From Enterobacter phage Mulvp2, in the sequence record OR508996.1: DNA of 58,539 nucleotides; one strand, given 5' to 3'. The notes under the pieces were generated by a model. That model saw only the letters and a list, made by a program, of their open reading frames with translations. It made no database searches and was not told where the DNA came from. The first letter of the stretch is position 1. Every line of letters begins with the position of its first letter. Of this stretch, positions 35,758 through 44,942 are shown one piece after another. The position numbers and the translations under genes were made by a program.

Positions 35758-36753
35758 ATGAGTTCTGCAAACCAGCCGGGCATCAACTCGGTACACGTAA
35801 ACCGCCCGCTTACCAACGTTTCCGTTGCGGTGTGGCAAGAAGATCGCTCATTCGCGTTTAACCGCGTATTCCCGAGCATTCCGGTGCAGTCTAAGTCTGA
35901 CACCTATTTTAAATTCCGTTTGGCGGATTCTCTGCGTGATGATATGCGTCCTCGCGCGCCAGGTACTGAGTCTGCAGGTTCAGGCTACAACTTCGACCAG
36001 GATAACTACAGCATTAACGTGTTTGCTCTGCACCACGATATTGCTGACCAGATCCGCGCGAACGCTGACAGCCCTCTGAACCTGGATACCAGTACCACCC
36101 GCTGGCTGACCCAGCAGGGCATGATCCGTCAGGAAAAACTGTTTGCATCTCGCTACCTGACTGCAGGCGCGTGGGGCACCGACATTACCGGTGTTGCAGC
36201 ATCACCAACCGGCAACCAGGTTCTGAAATGGACCGACGATGCATCCGATCCTGTTGCTGATGTCAAAAAGTACATGACTCAGGTTCAGCTGCTGGGCGGC
36301 ATTCGTCCAAACGTGCTGGTTCTGTCTCAGGACGTACGTGATGCTCTGGACACCAACCCGTCTATTATTGACCGCATCAAGTATTCCGGCGGCATCGGTA
36401 ACAACACCCCTGTCGTGGTGAACGACAACGCACTGGCACAGGTATTCGGTGTCGAAGAAGTCGTGGTGTCAAGCGCAATCGCTTCGACCAGCAACGAAGG
36501 TGCGACCACTCCGGTTAACGCTTTTATCAGCACCGGTACCGCTCTGCTGGCTTATCGTAACCGTACTCCGGGTATCGACCAGCCGACCGCAGGCTACCGT
36601 TTCAACTGGACCGGCTATCTGAACGCCCAGGGCGTACAGGTTAAGAAATTCCGTATGGAACATCTTGCCGCTGACCGTGTTGAAATCGAACTGGCGACTG
36701 ATATGCGCATCGTCTACAAAGAAGCCGGCGCGCTGTTCACCGCTCTGGTGTAA
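35758..36753 (+). CDS. major capsid protein (HK97-fold, putative)
   Basis: 331 aa. Sits after scaffold and decoration genes. A strong terminator follows. Confidence 0.65.
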   Translation: MSSANQPGINSVHVNRPLTNVSVAVWQEDRSFAFNRVFPSIPVQSKSDTYFKFRLADSLRDDMRPRAPGTESAGSGYNFDQDNYSINVFALHHDIADQIRANADSPLNLDTSTTRWLTQQGMIRQEKLFASRYLTAGAWGTDITGVAASPTGNQVLKWTDDASDPVADVKKYMTQVQLLGGIRPNVLVLSQDVRDALDTNPSIIDRIKYSGGIGNNTPVVVNDNALAQVFGVEEVVVSSAIASTSNEGATTPVNAFISTGTALLAYRNRTPGIDQPTAGYRFNWTGYLNAQGVQVKKFRMEHLAADRVEIELATDMRIVYKEAGALFTALV

Positions 36754-36760
36754 TTAAATT

Positions 36761-36788
36761 AGCCCCGCGATGCGGGGCTTTTTGTTTT
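36761..36788. terminator. rho-independent terminator AGCCCCGCGATGCGGGGCT + TTTTGTTTT, shared with the convergent minus-strand gene
   Basis: Perfect 8-bp stem plus T-run. Confidence 0.6.
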
Positions 36789-37032
36789 AGTCCGGATAGT
36801 TCAACCCTCGATTATCATATTCTTCTCCGTAGCGCCGCATATACTCTTCAAGCATCTTACGCATTTTATTTTTACCGTGACGCATTACGCCGAAATGAAA
36901 AACTTCTTTTATAAGTTGATCAGCATTATTAATGCCGTTCAAACTCTGTTTCGGAATTTCTACGGTTGATGTACCGCGAATTGTGTCAATTTTGAGAACA
37001 CATTTTCCTGACAACTGTACTTGCTTACTCAT
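36787..37032 (-). CDS. hypothetical moron protein on the opposite strand with its own promoter cassette
   Basis: 81 aa. RBS ACAGTGAGGAATGAGAGATG identical in type to that of the plus-strand gene 21763. Confidence 0.5.
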   Translation of the reverse strand: MSKQVQLSGKCVLKIDTIRGTSTVEIPKQSLNGINNADQLIKEVFHFGVMRHGKNKMRKMLEEYMRRYGEEYDNRGLNYPD

Positions 37033-37056
37033 CTCTCATTCCTCACTGTGTTTAAT

Positions 37057-37106
37057 ATACTGTCAGTATAGTCACACCTTGCACACTGTCAACAATTATT
37101 TTAACC
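37057..37106 (-). promoter_or_regulatory. minus-strand promoter cassette GGTTAAAATAATTG + TTGACA + 16 bp + TATACT, overlapping the palindrome ATACTGtCAGTAT (37057..37069)
   Basis: Reverse complement of the plus-strand cassette at 21686. Confidence 0.55.
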
Positions 37107-37155
37107 TATCGTATAAAATGCGCACAGGCTATACTACGGTCAGGAGGACACAACT

Positions 37156-37506
37156 ATGTCAACTTTCTTTCGTAACAAGCCTGTATTTGCACGTGTAGCA
37201 TTCACCTACGCTGGCGTTGAGTATCAGCCCGGCGACGAGTTCAAAGCACCGGCGCACAAAGTGCAGCAGATGTGGTTCGCACGCAAACTGACGCATGACG
37301 GCGCGGTTGATGACGCACCTGCTGTTGATGACGCACCTGCTGTTGATGACGCACCACTGGTCACGCTGGAACACAAAGGGGCAGGCTGGTACAACGTGTT
37401 GATGTCCGGTGCGCAGATGAACACCGACAAAATCAAAGGTAAAGACGCGGCGATTGAGTGGGCTGTGACTAATCTCGGGGTGACTGAAGATGTCATCAGC
37501 GTATAA
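37156..37506 (+). CDS. hypothetical structural-region protein with 3x VDDAPA tandem repeat
   Basis: 116 aa. Exact 18-bp DNA tandem repeat at 37306..37359. Confidence 0.5.
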   Translation: MSTFFRNKPVFARVAFTYAGVEYQPGDEFKAPAHKVQQMWFARKLTHDGAVDDAPAVDDAPAVDDAPLVTLEHKGAGWYNVLMSGAQMNTDKIKGKDAAIEWAVTNLGVTEDVISV

Positions 37507-37852
37507 CAGCAACATCCCGGCGCGGGCGTTCTGGTTCAGTCAGCAACCGTTGCCGATCAGCACGCTGACAGCGACACTTTCCGGTATGGATGACAATTAC
37601 CGAAAAGGAACCTTTTATATTGAGTTTTACGACGCTTCAGGTAACGTTGTAACACCGACGGCCGGAACAGTAGACGTACAGGCCAGTCCGCTCGGAAAAT
37701 TCTTCATGCGTAATCATGAAAACCAGCTTTATACCGCTGCGGCGATTCAGGATCATCCTGTTGAATTTAGCGGGATGATGCTGTCAGCAAAAGTGACTTT
37801 AGCCGGTGTTACCGGCGCGACAACCTGGCGTGCTGCCATGTGGAGGTCGTAA
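37490..37852 (+). CDS. hypothetical virion-module protein
   Basis: 120-aa ORF. Confidence 0.5.
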   Translation: MSSAYNSNIPARAFWFSQQPLPISTLTATLSGMDDNYRKGTFYIEFYDASGNVVTPTAGTVDVQASPLGKFFMRNHENQLYTAAAIQDHPVEFSGMMLSAKVTLAGVTGATTWRAAMWRS

Positions 37853-38412
37853 TGCCGTATTCAAATCCGGACGGTACTCCAATAGGCTTGTACCAGGGTC
37901 TGGAAGCCACGCCAACCCAGAATTATACTGAGATAAACAGTAAAAAGGGTGAGCAGCAGTATATACAGCTTGCACTTGCGCTGACTGCCGGAACGACAAC
38001 TAAAATTGCGTTCACGACAGGTAGTAAACCCGTACTTGTTAAACAGCGCGATTTTACTGCGCGCGGCGAACAAGTACGCATTCAGATTTTTAAAGCACCG
38101 ACAGGTGTGACAGGCGGAACGCCGGTAACCGTTCAGAATTTTAACGATCGTAACCCGGTGACAGGCAGCGTGGCAGTAACGTCTGGTGTAACAACCACAA
38201 CGAACGGTGTATCATGGGGTGACCCGCAAACAATATACGGTGTCAATCAGCAGAGTCAGCGTGTAGGTCAGATCATTTCAAGCGGTGCTGAACGTGTACT
38301 GGCGGCAAATAAAACGTATCTGATTGTTATCACCAATGGTACAGGCGACTCAACCTGTGAATATTTTCTGTCTTTCCGTGAGGGTGACACCGACTATCCG
38401 AGGTTACAATAA
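37853..38412 (+). CDS. hypothetical virion-module protein (Thr/Gly/Val-rich beta-type)
   Basis: 186 aa from ATG 37853 (TAATG). Confidence 0.5.
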
Positions 38413-38813
38413 TGGCGACACAATCACAGATTGACCTGGTAAAGTTGTTTTTCAACGGCAACAATACCATTCTGGCGAACTGGACTGATGAACAGATCGG
38501 CACGCTGATTGACAGCGGCATGTCGCCTATTGACTGTGCAATTTTCATGGTAGACAGCACGATGTCGCTGTACACCACCAAACCAAATATCAAAGTCGGT
38601 CAGATTCAGCTCGACTGGAACGCCGTTATTAACGGACTGAACAAACTGAAACTAGATCTGGTATATCGTAAAAACCAGGGTGCCGGCGATCCTGACCCGT
38701 CCAGCGGCTCAACGTCACGTCGTATCGGCGGAGGTCTGTTTACAGGCGGGTGTGTGCCTCGTAAATTTGAAGATGGCGCACTGGATAATCCACCATTCAG
38801 CGAGTATCCGTAA
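38412..38813 (+). CDS. hypothetical head-tail joining region protein
   Basis: 133-aa ORF. Confidence 0.45.
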   Translation: MATQSQIDLVKLFFNGNNTILANWTDEQIGTLIDSGMSPIDCAIFMVDSTMSLYTTKPNIKVGQIQLDWNAVINGLNKLKLDLVYRKNQGAGDPDPSSGSTSRRIGGGLFTGGCVPRKFEDGALDNPPFSEYP

Positions 38814-39238
38814 TGGGAAACATCAGCTACGCGGTAGACATTCTTGAAGGTGTTCAGACGGCGATGTCTGAGGTAGGCGAGTCGGCTACCGTGACGCGTA
38901 CCACTCAAACACGCGACCCGTCGAATCCGACAAAACTGATCACCGTCACCACCACATACAAAATTATCGGCGCGCTGATGGGTCCGGTGAGCCGTTTTGA
39001 CTCCGGCACTCAGACCGTCCGCCAGGTGACACAATGGTATACAGACCTGCTTTCAGCGCAGGATTCGAACGACGTGTATCTGAACGTGATTACCGGCGGC
39101 GTACCGGTCATTAACTTTGTGACGAAAGAAGGTGATCGCGTTACCCTGGGCGACGGTACAACATACACCCTTATGCAGAATGAACAGCCGCGTATCAGCG
39201 GAATTCAGGCCGCGGCGTTTCATGAGGTGTCAGCGTAA
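38813..39238 (+). CDS. hypothetical head-tail joining region protein
   Basis: 141-aa ORF. Confidence 0.45.
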   Translation: MGNISYAVDILEGVQTAMSEVGESATVTRTTQTRDPSNPTKLITVTTTYKIIGALMGPVSRFDSGTQTVRQVTQWYTDLLSAQDSNDVYLNVITGGVPVINFVTKEGDRVTLGDGTTYTLMQNEQPRISGIQAAAFHEVSA

Positions 39239-39703
39239 ATGGCTAAAATCAGGGCAACGCGTTACAGCAATGCAACCATTCAAAAACAGATTGACGATGT
39301 GAAAGATTTAATTCGTGACTCTGTGAAAGAGGATGTGATTGCACTTGCCCTGAATATTCACGGACGACTTGTTGACAACCCACCAGAAGGTACACCGATC
39401 GATACAGGTTGGGCATCTGCAAACTGGTGGGTGTCAGCTGGAACAGCACCAACAGGTAATGACGGGTCAAAAGGTGATGTTGCGTCAGCACAGTCAAAGC
39501 AGTCGGCCGGGCTGGCTGACATATTGACTTATGAACCATCGAAAGGCGTTATTTACATCACCAACAATACGCCTTACATTAGCCGACTGAATAACGGCTG
39601 GTCGCAACAGTCCGCTGCCGGATATGTGGATCGTGCTGTGCAGATTGAAATTACTCGTTTCACTCACTCTACTAATTACAGGGCTATCAATCGTGACGAT
39701 TAA
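39239..39703 (+). CDS. HK97 gp10-like neck / head-tail adaptor family protein (putative)
   Basis: 154 aa. IDTGWASANWWVS resembles the TG-x-x-R/S motif of the gp10 family. Confidence 0.45.
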   Translation: MAKIRATRYSNATIQKQIDDVKDLIRDSVKEDVIALALNIHGRLVDNPPEGTPIDTGWASANWWVSAGTAPTGNDGSKGDVASAQSKQSAGLADILTYEPSKGVIYITNNTPYISRLNNGWSQQSAAGYVDRAVQIEITRFTHSTNYRAINRDD

Positions 39704-40109
39704 TGATATCCGCGCCGTGATTATCACCCGTTTGCTGAATCTCGGTCTGATTGTTGACGGGGTGGAAATTGACGGCGAGAAATACGATCCGAAAACAACC
39801 GATACCTGGGTTAGACTCACTGTGCAGTTTAACGCCGGTGGAATTACCACCCTGGGCGGTGAAGGTGTGTCGCGCCGCCGTGACCGTATCGGTATCGCTT
39901 ATGTGAACGTCTTTACGCCAATGCAGCAGGGTGTATTCCCGAACGATGAACTGTGCGAACAGCTTGTACAGGCATTCGAGGGGCAATGGGCGGATCCGTG
40001 CATTAATTACGGTCAACCAACAGGCGTGCGCATCGAGACGGAAGGTCGTGACGACGAATGGTACCTGCAGACAGTCGTTGTGCCGTTCAATGCCGAGGTA
40101 GTACGTTAA
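39693..40109 (+). CDS. putative tail completion / terminator-like protein (start GTG 39693 uncertain)
   Basis: About 138-aa ORF. Confidence 0.4.
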   Translation: MTINDIRAVIITRLLNLGLIVDGVEIDGEKYDPKTTDTWVRLTVQFNAGGITTLGGEGVSRRRDRIGIAYVNVFTPMQQGVFPNDELCEQLVQAFEGQWADPCINYGQPTGVRIETEGRDDEWYLQTVVVPFNAEVVR

Positions 40110-40660
40110 TGCGCGTTCTGTGCGTCGCTACGGGTCCGTCGCTCACACAAGCACAGATTGAGTGGGTGAATGCACAGGACTGCTTTAAAATCGCTGTAAA
40201 CAACGCCTGCTATCTCATATCACAGCCTGACGTCGTACTGGCGGCGGATTACGACTGGTGGATGCATAACAACCCGCCATCAGGTCAGCGTGTCACGTGC
40301 AGCCCGTTCGCTATCCCGGGCGTTGACCATTTCGTTTCTTCCGTGCGCGGATCGTTTTCATCTGGCGGACGGGCGATTGAATACGCTGTAACACAATTAA
40401 ATGCGACATGCATCGAACTGATAGGTTATGATTGCTCTGTGAAGAATGGGACGCATTGTCATGGTGACCACGGCGGCGGGCTGAAAAATCCGGATGCTGT
40501 AGTGACGTCACGCTGGCTTGACCACTACCGGAAAATTGCTGAGTGGTTACCGGAAAACGTGCGTGTCGTAAATTTGTCTACTTACACAGAGATACCTGAT
40601 GACGTATTTCAGAGGATACCATGGTCTGGGCGACAACATATTTCAGCGTCCGTTCCTTAA
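40109..40660 (+). CDS. Rossmann-type protein with CMP-sialyltransferase/DUF115 (MptE-like) N-terminal motif
   Basis: 183 aa from ATG 40109 (TAATG). MRVLCVATGPSL...VVLAADYDWW recalls the GNGPSL motif of Cst-II/Maf/PF01973 proteins. Confidence 0.35.
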   Translation: MRVLCVATGPSLTQAQIEWVNAQDCFKIAVNNACYLISQPDVVLAADYDWWMHNNPPSGQRVTCSPFAIPGVDHFVSSVRGSFSSGGRAIEYAVTQLNATCIELIGYDCSVKNGTHCHGDHGGGLKNPDAVVTSRWLDHYRKIAEWLPENVRVVNLSTYTEIPDDVFQRIPWSGRQHISASVP

Positions 40661-41453
40661 ATATTACCCCGGTGCATATCTGCGTACACCCTGGCCTGAA
40701 CTGTATCAGGGTCTGAACGTAAAACCTGTCCGCACTGAAACCCGACTTCGTACCCAGCAGAAAAACGAAACCCGCAGCGCGGTACAGTGGTATCCCGAGC
40801 CGAACGAACAACACACCAATGTCGGATACGGACCGCAGGATTTTCGTGTTTACGGTTCGATCATCAACACCCTGCGCCACCAGTTTAACGTCACCGGTCC
40901 ACTGCAGTTTGACCTGCCATCGTACGGTCAGGATCCGTTACGCATTTCCGGCCGCGTAGCTGTAATTCGTCCGGTTACGGTGCGCGAAGAATGGGACAGC
41001 ACATCTCGCGGATGTAACCCTGAATATATTTGCCAGGCTGCGGAGTCATTACGGTCGCGAGGATTTCATGTCGTCAGCGTTGCCGACCTGGAGCCGGGTA
41101 AAGAGTGGATTGTTGGCGATATGCCAAAAGCCGACACGTATTATCATCACGGTGAACTTTCCGTCACACAGCTTATGTCGCTTATTGAACGCGCGGACGT
41201 GATAGTGACGCCCGTCGGCTGGGCAGTACCTGCCAGCATTGCGTACCAGACACCATGTTTTGTCGTTGCCGGCGGTCGCGGAGGGCACAACGCGCCGCAC
41301 GTGATCACCGATCCTGATATGAACTTGCAGCGGGTAGGCTGGGCAATCCCGGACGAATACTGCATGTGCACCCAGGCGAAGCATGAATGCAATAAACACA
41401 TTACCGATTTCACAGGAAAACTGACGAGGTGGTTAAATGTTAACGTGGGATGA
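40599..41453 (+). CDS. GT-B glycosyltransferase, GT9 (heptosyltransferase)-like
   Basis: 284 aa. N-terminal YHGLGDNIFQRPFLK. C-terminal DVIVTPVGWAVPASIAYQTPCFVVAGG matches the GT9 pattern. Overlaps the upstream ORF by 62 nt. Confidence 0.45.
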   Translation: MTYFRGYHGLGDNIFQRPFLKYYPGAYLRTPWPELYQGLNVKPVRTETRLRTQQKNETRSAVQWYPEPNEQHTNVGYGPQDFRVYGSIINTLRHQFNVTGPLQFDLPSYGQDPLRISGRVAVIRPVTVREEWDSTSRGCNPEYICQAAESLRSRGFHVVSVADLEPGKEWIVGDMPKADTYYHHGELSVTQLMSLIERADVIVTPVGWAVPASIAYQTPCFVVAGGRGGHNAPHVITDPDMNLQRVGWAIPDEYCMCTQAKHECNKHITDFTGKLTRWLNVNVG

Positions 41454-42030
41454 GGAACGCGGATACGGTCACTATCCTGTTAAACAGGAAGACCGTCCGT
41501 ATGACGCGTCGTATTTTGAAAAGTACCGCAAGATGGCGAACACGCCGATCGGACACGCACTGACGAAAGCGCGCGTCGACCTGGTGCGTAAATATTACCC
41601 GGGTTTCAATCTGGTTGATGTAGGGATTGGATCCGGTCAGTTTGTCACGGCTTCAGGGGTGCTAGGATATGATGTCAATCCTGCCGGGGTCGAATGGCTG
41701 AACCAGCGTAACCGGTTTGCGGACATGTACGCCGGTCAGTATGATGCGATGACGTTCTGGGATAGTCTGGAGCACATCGATGATATGTCCGCTGCGGTAG
41801 AGCATATTGACCGCTTTGCGTTTGTCAGTATCCCTGTATTCAGCGGGTATGACGACGTGCTGACGTCAAAACATTTCCGACCAGATGAGCATATTCATTA
41901 CTTTACCGTCGCTGGATTGATCCGCTGGTTTGACGAGCAGGGGTTTAACTGCAGGGAATACAACCAGATTGAATCGGATATCGGACGGGAAGGGATCGGA
42001 ACGTTCGTATTTGAAAGAAAGCCCGCGTAG
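41437..42030 (+). CDS. class I SAM-dependent methyltransferase
   Basis: 197 aa. Motif I LVDVGIGSGQF. Acidic post-I motif YDVNP. Confidence 0.6.
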   Translation: MLTWDEERGYGHYPVKQEDRPYDASYFEKYRKMANTPIGHALTKARVDLVRKYYPGFNLVDVGIGSGQFVTASGVLGYDVNPAGVEWLNQRNRFADMYAGQYDAMTFWDSLEHIDDMSAAVEHIDRFAFVSIPVFSGYDDVLTSKHFRPDEHIHYFTVAGLIRWFDEQGFNCREYNQIESDIGREGIGTFVFERKPA

Positions 42031-42048
42031 TGCGGGCTGTTTTTATTC
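42019..42048. terminator. bidirectional terminator AAGCCCGCGTAGTGCGGGCT + GTTTTTATT
   Basis: Perfect hairpin between convergent genes. Confidence 0.55.
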
Positions 42049-42297
42049 TTCATCACTCGGTCGACGGTCTTTATCCCATTCGTCATCGTTCGGGTCTACA
42101 TGATTTACGGGTCGTTTATAACCGCATTCTGTGCAAACCATATAACCGTGATCCCATTTGTGTAGGCATGGCTTATTGAGATTGTGGCGGTTAATAAATT
42201 CGCGGCGCTGTTCGTACAACCATTCCAGCGTGCATTCAGTTTCACCGATTCGCTCGTTGAATACACGCATCTGCAGTTCGATTTGTTGTTCGGTCAT
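42043..42297 (-). CDS. Cys/His-rich small protein (zinc finger-like)
   Basis: 84 aa. CLHKWDHGYMVCTECGYK. Confidence 0.45.
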   Translation of the reverse strand: MTEQQIELQMRVFNERIGETECTLEWLYEQRREFINRHNLNKPCLHKWDHGYMVCTECGYKRPVNHVDPNDDEWDKDRRPSDEE

Positions 42298-42737
42298 TTA
42301 CCGGTACTCCCAAATCCGCCGTTTCGTCCGGTGCCCGGGTCAGAAAGCTGGTCAACCACGGTGATAAAAGCAGGCTGGTATGGTAACACGATAGCCTGCG
42401 CAAGTCGGTCACCTTGCTTGATGCCGTCAAGCACTTCTTGACCGGTCAGTGATTCGGCTTTGAGTTTAATTTTCACCTCATCGCGATAGTCACTGTCGAT
42501 CACACCGACAGCATTTGACAGGCTGATGTCATATTTGAATCCGTGACCACTGCGGCTGAAAATCAGCATGACGTGGTTTTCCGGAACTTCGAACGCCAGG
42601 CCGGTTCCGCAGATAGCGTTGCCCGCCGAGTCATATTCGACATTACCGTCAGTCGCCAGATCGAAACACGCAGATCCTGCAGTGGCGTATTTCGGAATGA
42701 CAGCCTGATCGTTTAACAGTTTGATATTCAGGTTCAT
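42294..42737 (-). CDS. dut: dUTP diphosphatase (dUTPase)
   Basis: 147 aa. Motifs AGSACFDL, GVIDSDYRDE, RNGGFGSTG. Confidence 0.85.
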   Translation of the reverse strand: MNLNIKLLNDQAVIPKYATAGSACFDLATDGNVEYDSAGNAICGTGLAFEVPENHVMLIFSRSGHGFKYDISLSNAVGVIDSDYRDEVKIKLKAESLTGQEVLDGIKQGDRLAQAIVLPYQPAFITVVDQLSDPGTGRNGGFGSTGK

Positions 42738-43063
42738 TACATTTTTCCCAGTTCACGGGCAGCATAGTAGCCCGCTGTTGTTGACATTTCGGCGGCGTTC
42801 CACCCGGCGACATAATCCGGTGAGGTTGACGACATTTTGCGACGGTTATCTTTAATGCGTTTTTCAAAGTGGTCAGGTGTTTCACCCATCCACGCCGCTT
42901 TCTCACCGTCACGGCACGCGGCGGTCAGTGCGCGATCGGTAACCGCGTCATATTCGAAACCGTGCATCACGGCGACAGCCGTTGCCACGCGGTCACAGGA
43001 TACACGCATTTGCGCGCTGGCAACTACCGGTACGAACAATGCTAAAACGATCAGGATTTTCAT
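42737..43063 (-). CDS. secreted small protein (signal peptide MKILIVLALFVPVVASA)
   Basis: 108 aa from the MKILIV ATG. RBS CAGTGAGAGTATTACTATG. Confidence 0.45.
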   Translation of the reverse strand: MKILIVLALFVPVVASAQMRVSCDRVATAVAVMHGFEYDAVTDRALTAACRDGEKAAWMGETPDHFEKRIKDNRRKMSSTSPDYVAGWNAAEMSTTAGYYAARELGKM

Positions 43064-43071
43064 AGTAATAC

Positions 43072-43103
43072 TCTCACTGAATAAAAGCCCGCCATAAGCG
43101 GGC
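43072..43103 (-). terminator. minus-strand terminator GCCCGCTTATGGCGGGC + TTTTATT
   Basis: Hairpin plus T-run downstream of gene 43112..43303. Confidence 0.45.
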
Positions 43104-43111
43104 AATTAGTG

Positions 43112-43303
43112 TTAAGCGTGGCGCGCGGTGCGAATGTGGAAAAAGTCGTCAATTTTCATGAATCCATCGGCGAGCATTTCCTGTTTTTCAGGGCGAGCCA
43201 TGCGACGAGCAGTACGCGATGCAACTTTATTGTTACGTGCTTCAGAAGATGCAGCACGACGTTCTTTACGACCTGGACCGAATACCATTTTGATGAATTT
43301 CAT
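43112..43303 (-). CDS. highly basic small protein (Arg/Lys-rich, 63 aa) with its own consensus promoter
   Basis: MKFIKMVFGPGRKERRAASSEARNNKVASRTARRMARPEKQEML... Confidence 0.5.
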   Translation of the reverse strand: MKFIKMVFGPGRKERRAASSEARNNKVASRTARRMARPEKQEMLADGFMKIDDFFHIRTARHA

Positions 43304-43354
43304 TTTGCTTACCTTTTCAATTTAGAGAAGCGTTATTGCGTCTCGACATGGCTA

Positions 43355-43398
43355 ACTTTACACACGGTCATACATACTGTCAATAATTATTTTAACCT
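43355..43398 (-). promoter_or_regulatory. minus-strand promoter cassette GGTTAAAATAATTA + TTGACA + 17 bp + TAAAGT
   Basis: Member of the cassette family. Confidence 0.55.
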
Positions 43399-43417
43399 AT
43401 ATCGCCTCAATTACCCG

Positions 43418-43426
43418 TGATATACT
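43418..43426 (+). promoter_or_regulatory. extended -10 element TGaTATACT upstream of the tail tube gene
   Basis: Same element type as at 18052. Confidence 0.3.
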
Positions 43427-43464
43427 CTGATAGCACTAGTGTAAATTACTCATGAGGACAAATC

Positions 43465-44907
43465 ATGGCTCTCGATCCGTGCGACAATCGCGCAGCAGAC
43501 GGCTCGGCTACATCGATTAGCCTGTGCCGTGTTAACGAACCGGACTCCGGTACGGTATGGACTTATCAGGAACCGAACGAAGTCAGTTCATGGGGTGCGT
43601 CACTCGAAACGGTTGCCCGTCAGCCTTTGAGCCTCGACCGCGCCGCACGTAAAGGCACCGTAACCAGTCTCAGCGCTGAGGCAGGATTCACCGCCGATCA
43701 GTTCATTGACAACCTGGCGTATCTGCTTGACGCGCTGGTATTCAGCGTCTGGAAAGGTAACAACCCGAACGGTACAGCATCAACCGGTGCTACCGCGTCA
43801 GGTTACAGCGTTGCATCCGGCGGTACAGCTTTCACCCAGGGCACGCTCGTTTATGTCTCAGGTTTTGACATGGCAGCGAACAACGGTCTGAAAGTCGTCG
43901 GCTCAGGTTCAACGAACACGAATATCGCTGTGACCGGTCTGACGGTCGATGCCAGCACGGGCACCGTGTACAAAGCAGGTATTCGTTATTCCACCGGTTC
44001 GCTGACGATGGATGCACAGGGTAACCTGGTATCTGAGGCAACTGCTGTAGACTTCACGACGCTCGGTCTGACGCCTGGTCAGGTCATCGGTCTGACAGGT
44101 TTCAGCACTGGTGCTGACGGTACAGCGCGCGTGCGTCAGGTAACCGCCACACAAATCACCCTGGACCATCACAGCGGCACGCCGGCGGCTATCACTCCGA
44201 GCGGCAACGTGGATCTGTACATCGGTTCATTCGTGCGCAACGTGTCAATGGACAACGTGGACTATCAGTGCGTACCGTTCACCGGTGAAGCGCGATACAA
44301 CACCAACCCGACCACGTACGAATATGCGCGCGGTATGCTGCTGAACCAGATCGCGTTCAACAACAGCCTGGAAGATAAAACCACGCTGGAAACCACGTTT
44401 ATCTGTGAAGACGTGGAAGCGATGACCGAAACCCGTCTGCCGGGCATCTGGGAAAACTACGACCGCACCGAAGCGTTTAACACGTCGGCCGACTTTACCG
44501 ATCTGCGCCTGTTCATTACCGGCGACCTGACCGGTGACACGACGTTCTTCAAAGACACCACGTTGACGATCAACAACAACCTGTCCGGCGAGTCCGTACT
44601 GGGTAAACTCGGTCCTGAATTCATCAACCTCGGTGATTTCGCTGTGACCCTGGATACCGAAGTTGTTCTGACCGACACCCGTGTCGCCGCGGCGATCCGC
44701 AATAACACCACCTGCGGTCTGCAGTACACTCAGCAGAACAATGACGGTGCTATCGTGGTCGACCTGCCGACAATGACCCTGGGTGACGGTGCGAAGAACA
44801 TCGCAGCGAACGAGAAGGTTAAACTGACCACTACCGGCACCGCGTTCCTGGACGACGATTACGGTTACGTTGTTGGTTTCAGCCTGTTCCCGTACCTGCC
44901 ACGTTGA
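43465..44907 (+). CDS. major tail (tube) protein, putative
   Basis: 480 aa. Thr/Gly/Ser-rich beta protein upstream of the chaperone/TMP genes, with its own terminator. Confidence 0.5.
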   Translation: MALDPCDNRAADGSATSISLCRVNEPDSGTVWTYQEPNEVSSWGASLETVARQPLSLDRAARKGTVTSLSAEAGFTADQFIDNLAYLLDALVFSVWKGNNPNGTASTGATASGYSVASGGTAFTQGTLVYVSGFDMAANNGLKVVGSGSTNTNIAVTGLTVDASTGTVYKAGIRYSTGSLTMDAQGNLVSEATAVDFTTLGLTPGQVIGLTGFSTGADGTARVRQVTATQITLDHHSGTPAAITPSGNVDLYIGSFVRNVSMDNVDYQCVPFTGEARYNTNPTTYEYARGMLLNQIAFNNSLEDKTTLETTFICEDVEAMTETRLPGIWENYDRTEAFNTSADFTDLRLFITGDLTGDTTFFKDTTLTINNNLSGESVLGKLGPEFINLGDFAVTLDTEVVLTDTRVAAAIRNNTTCGLQYTQQNNDGAIVVDLPTMTLGDGAKNIAANEKVKLTTTGTAFLDDDYGYVVGFSLFPYLPR

Positions 44908-44915
44908 TAAAATAA

Positions 44916-44942
44916 AGCCCCGCAATGCGGGGCTAGTTTTTT
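44916..44942. terminator. bidirectional terminator AGCCCCGCAATGCGGGGCT + AGTTTTTT
   Basis: Perfect hairpin. The stop of the convergent minus-strand gene lies inside the T-run. Confidence 0.6.
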
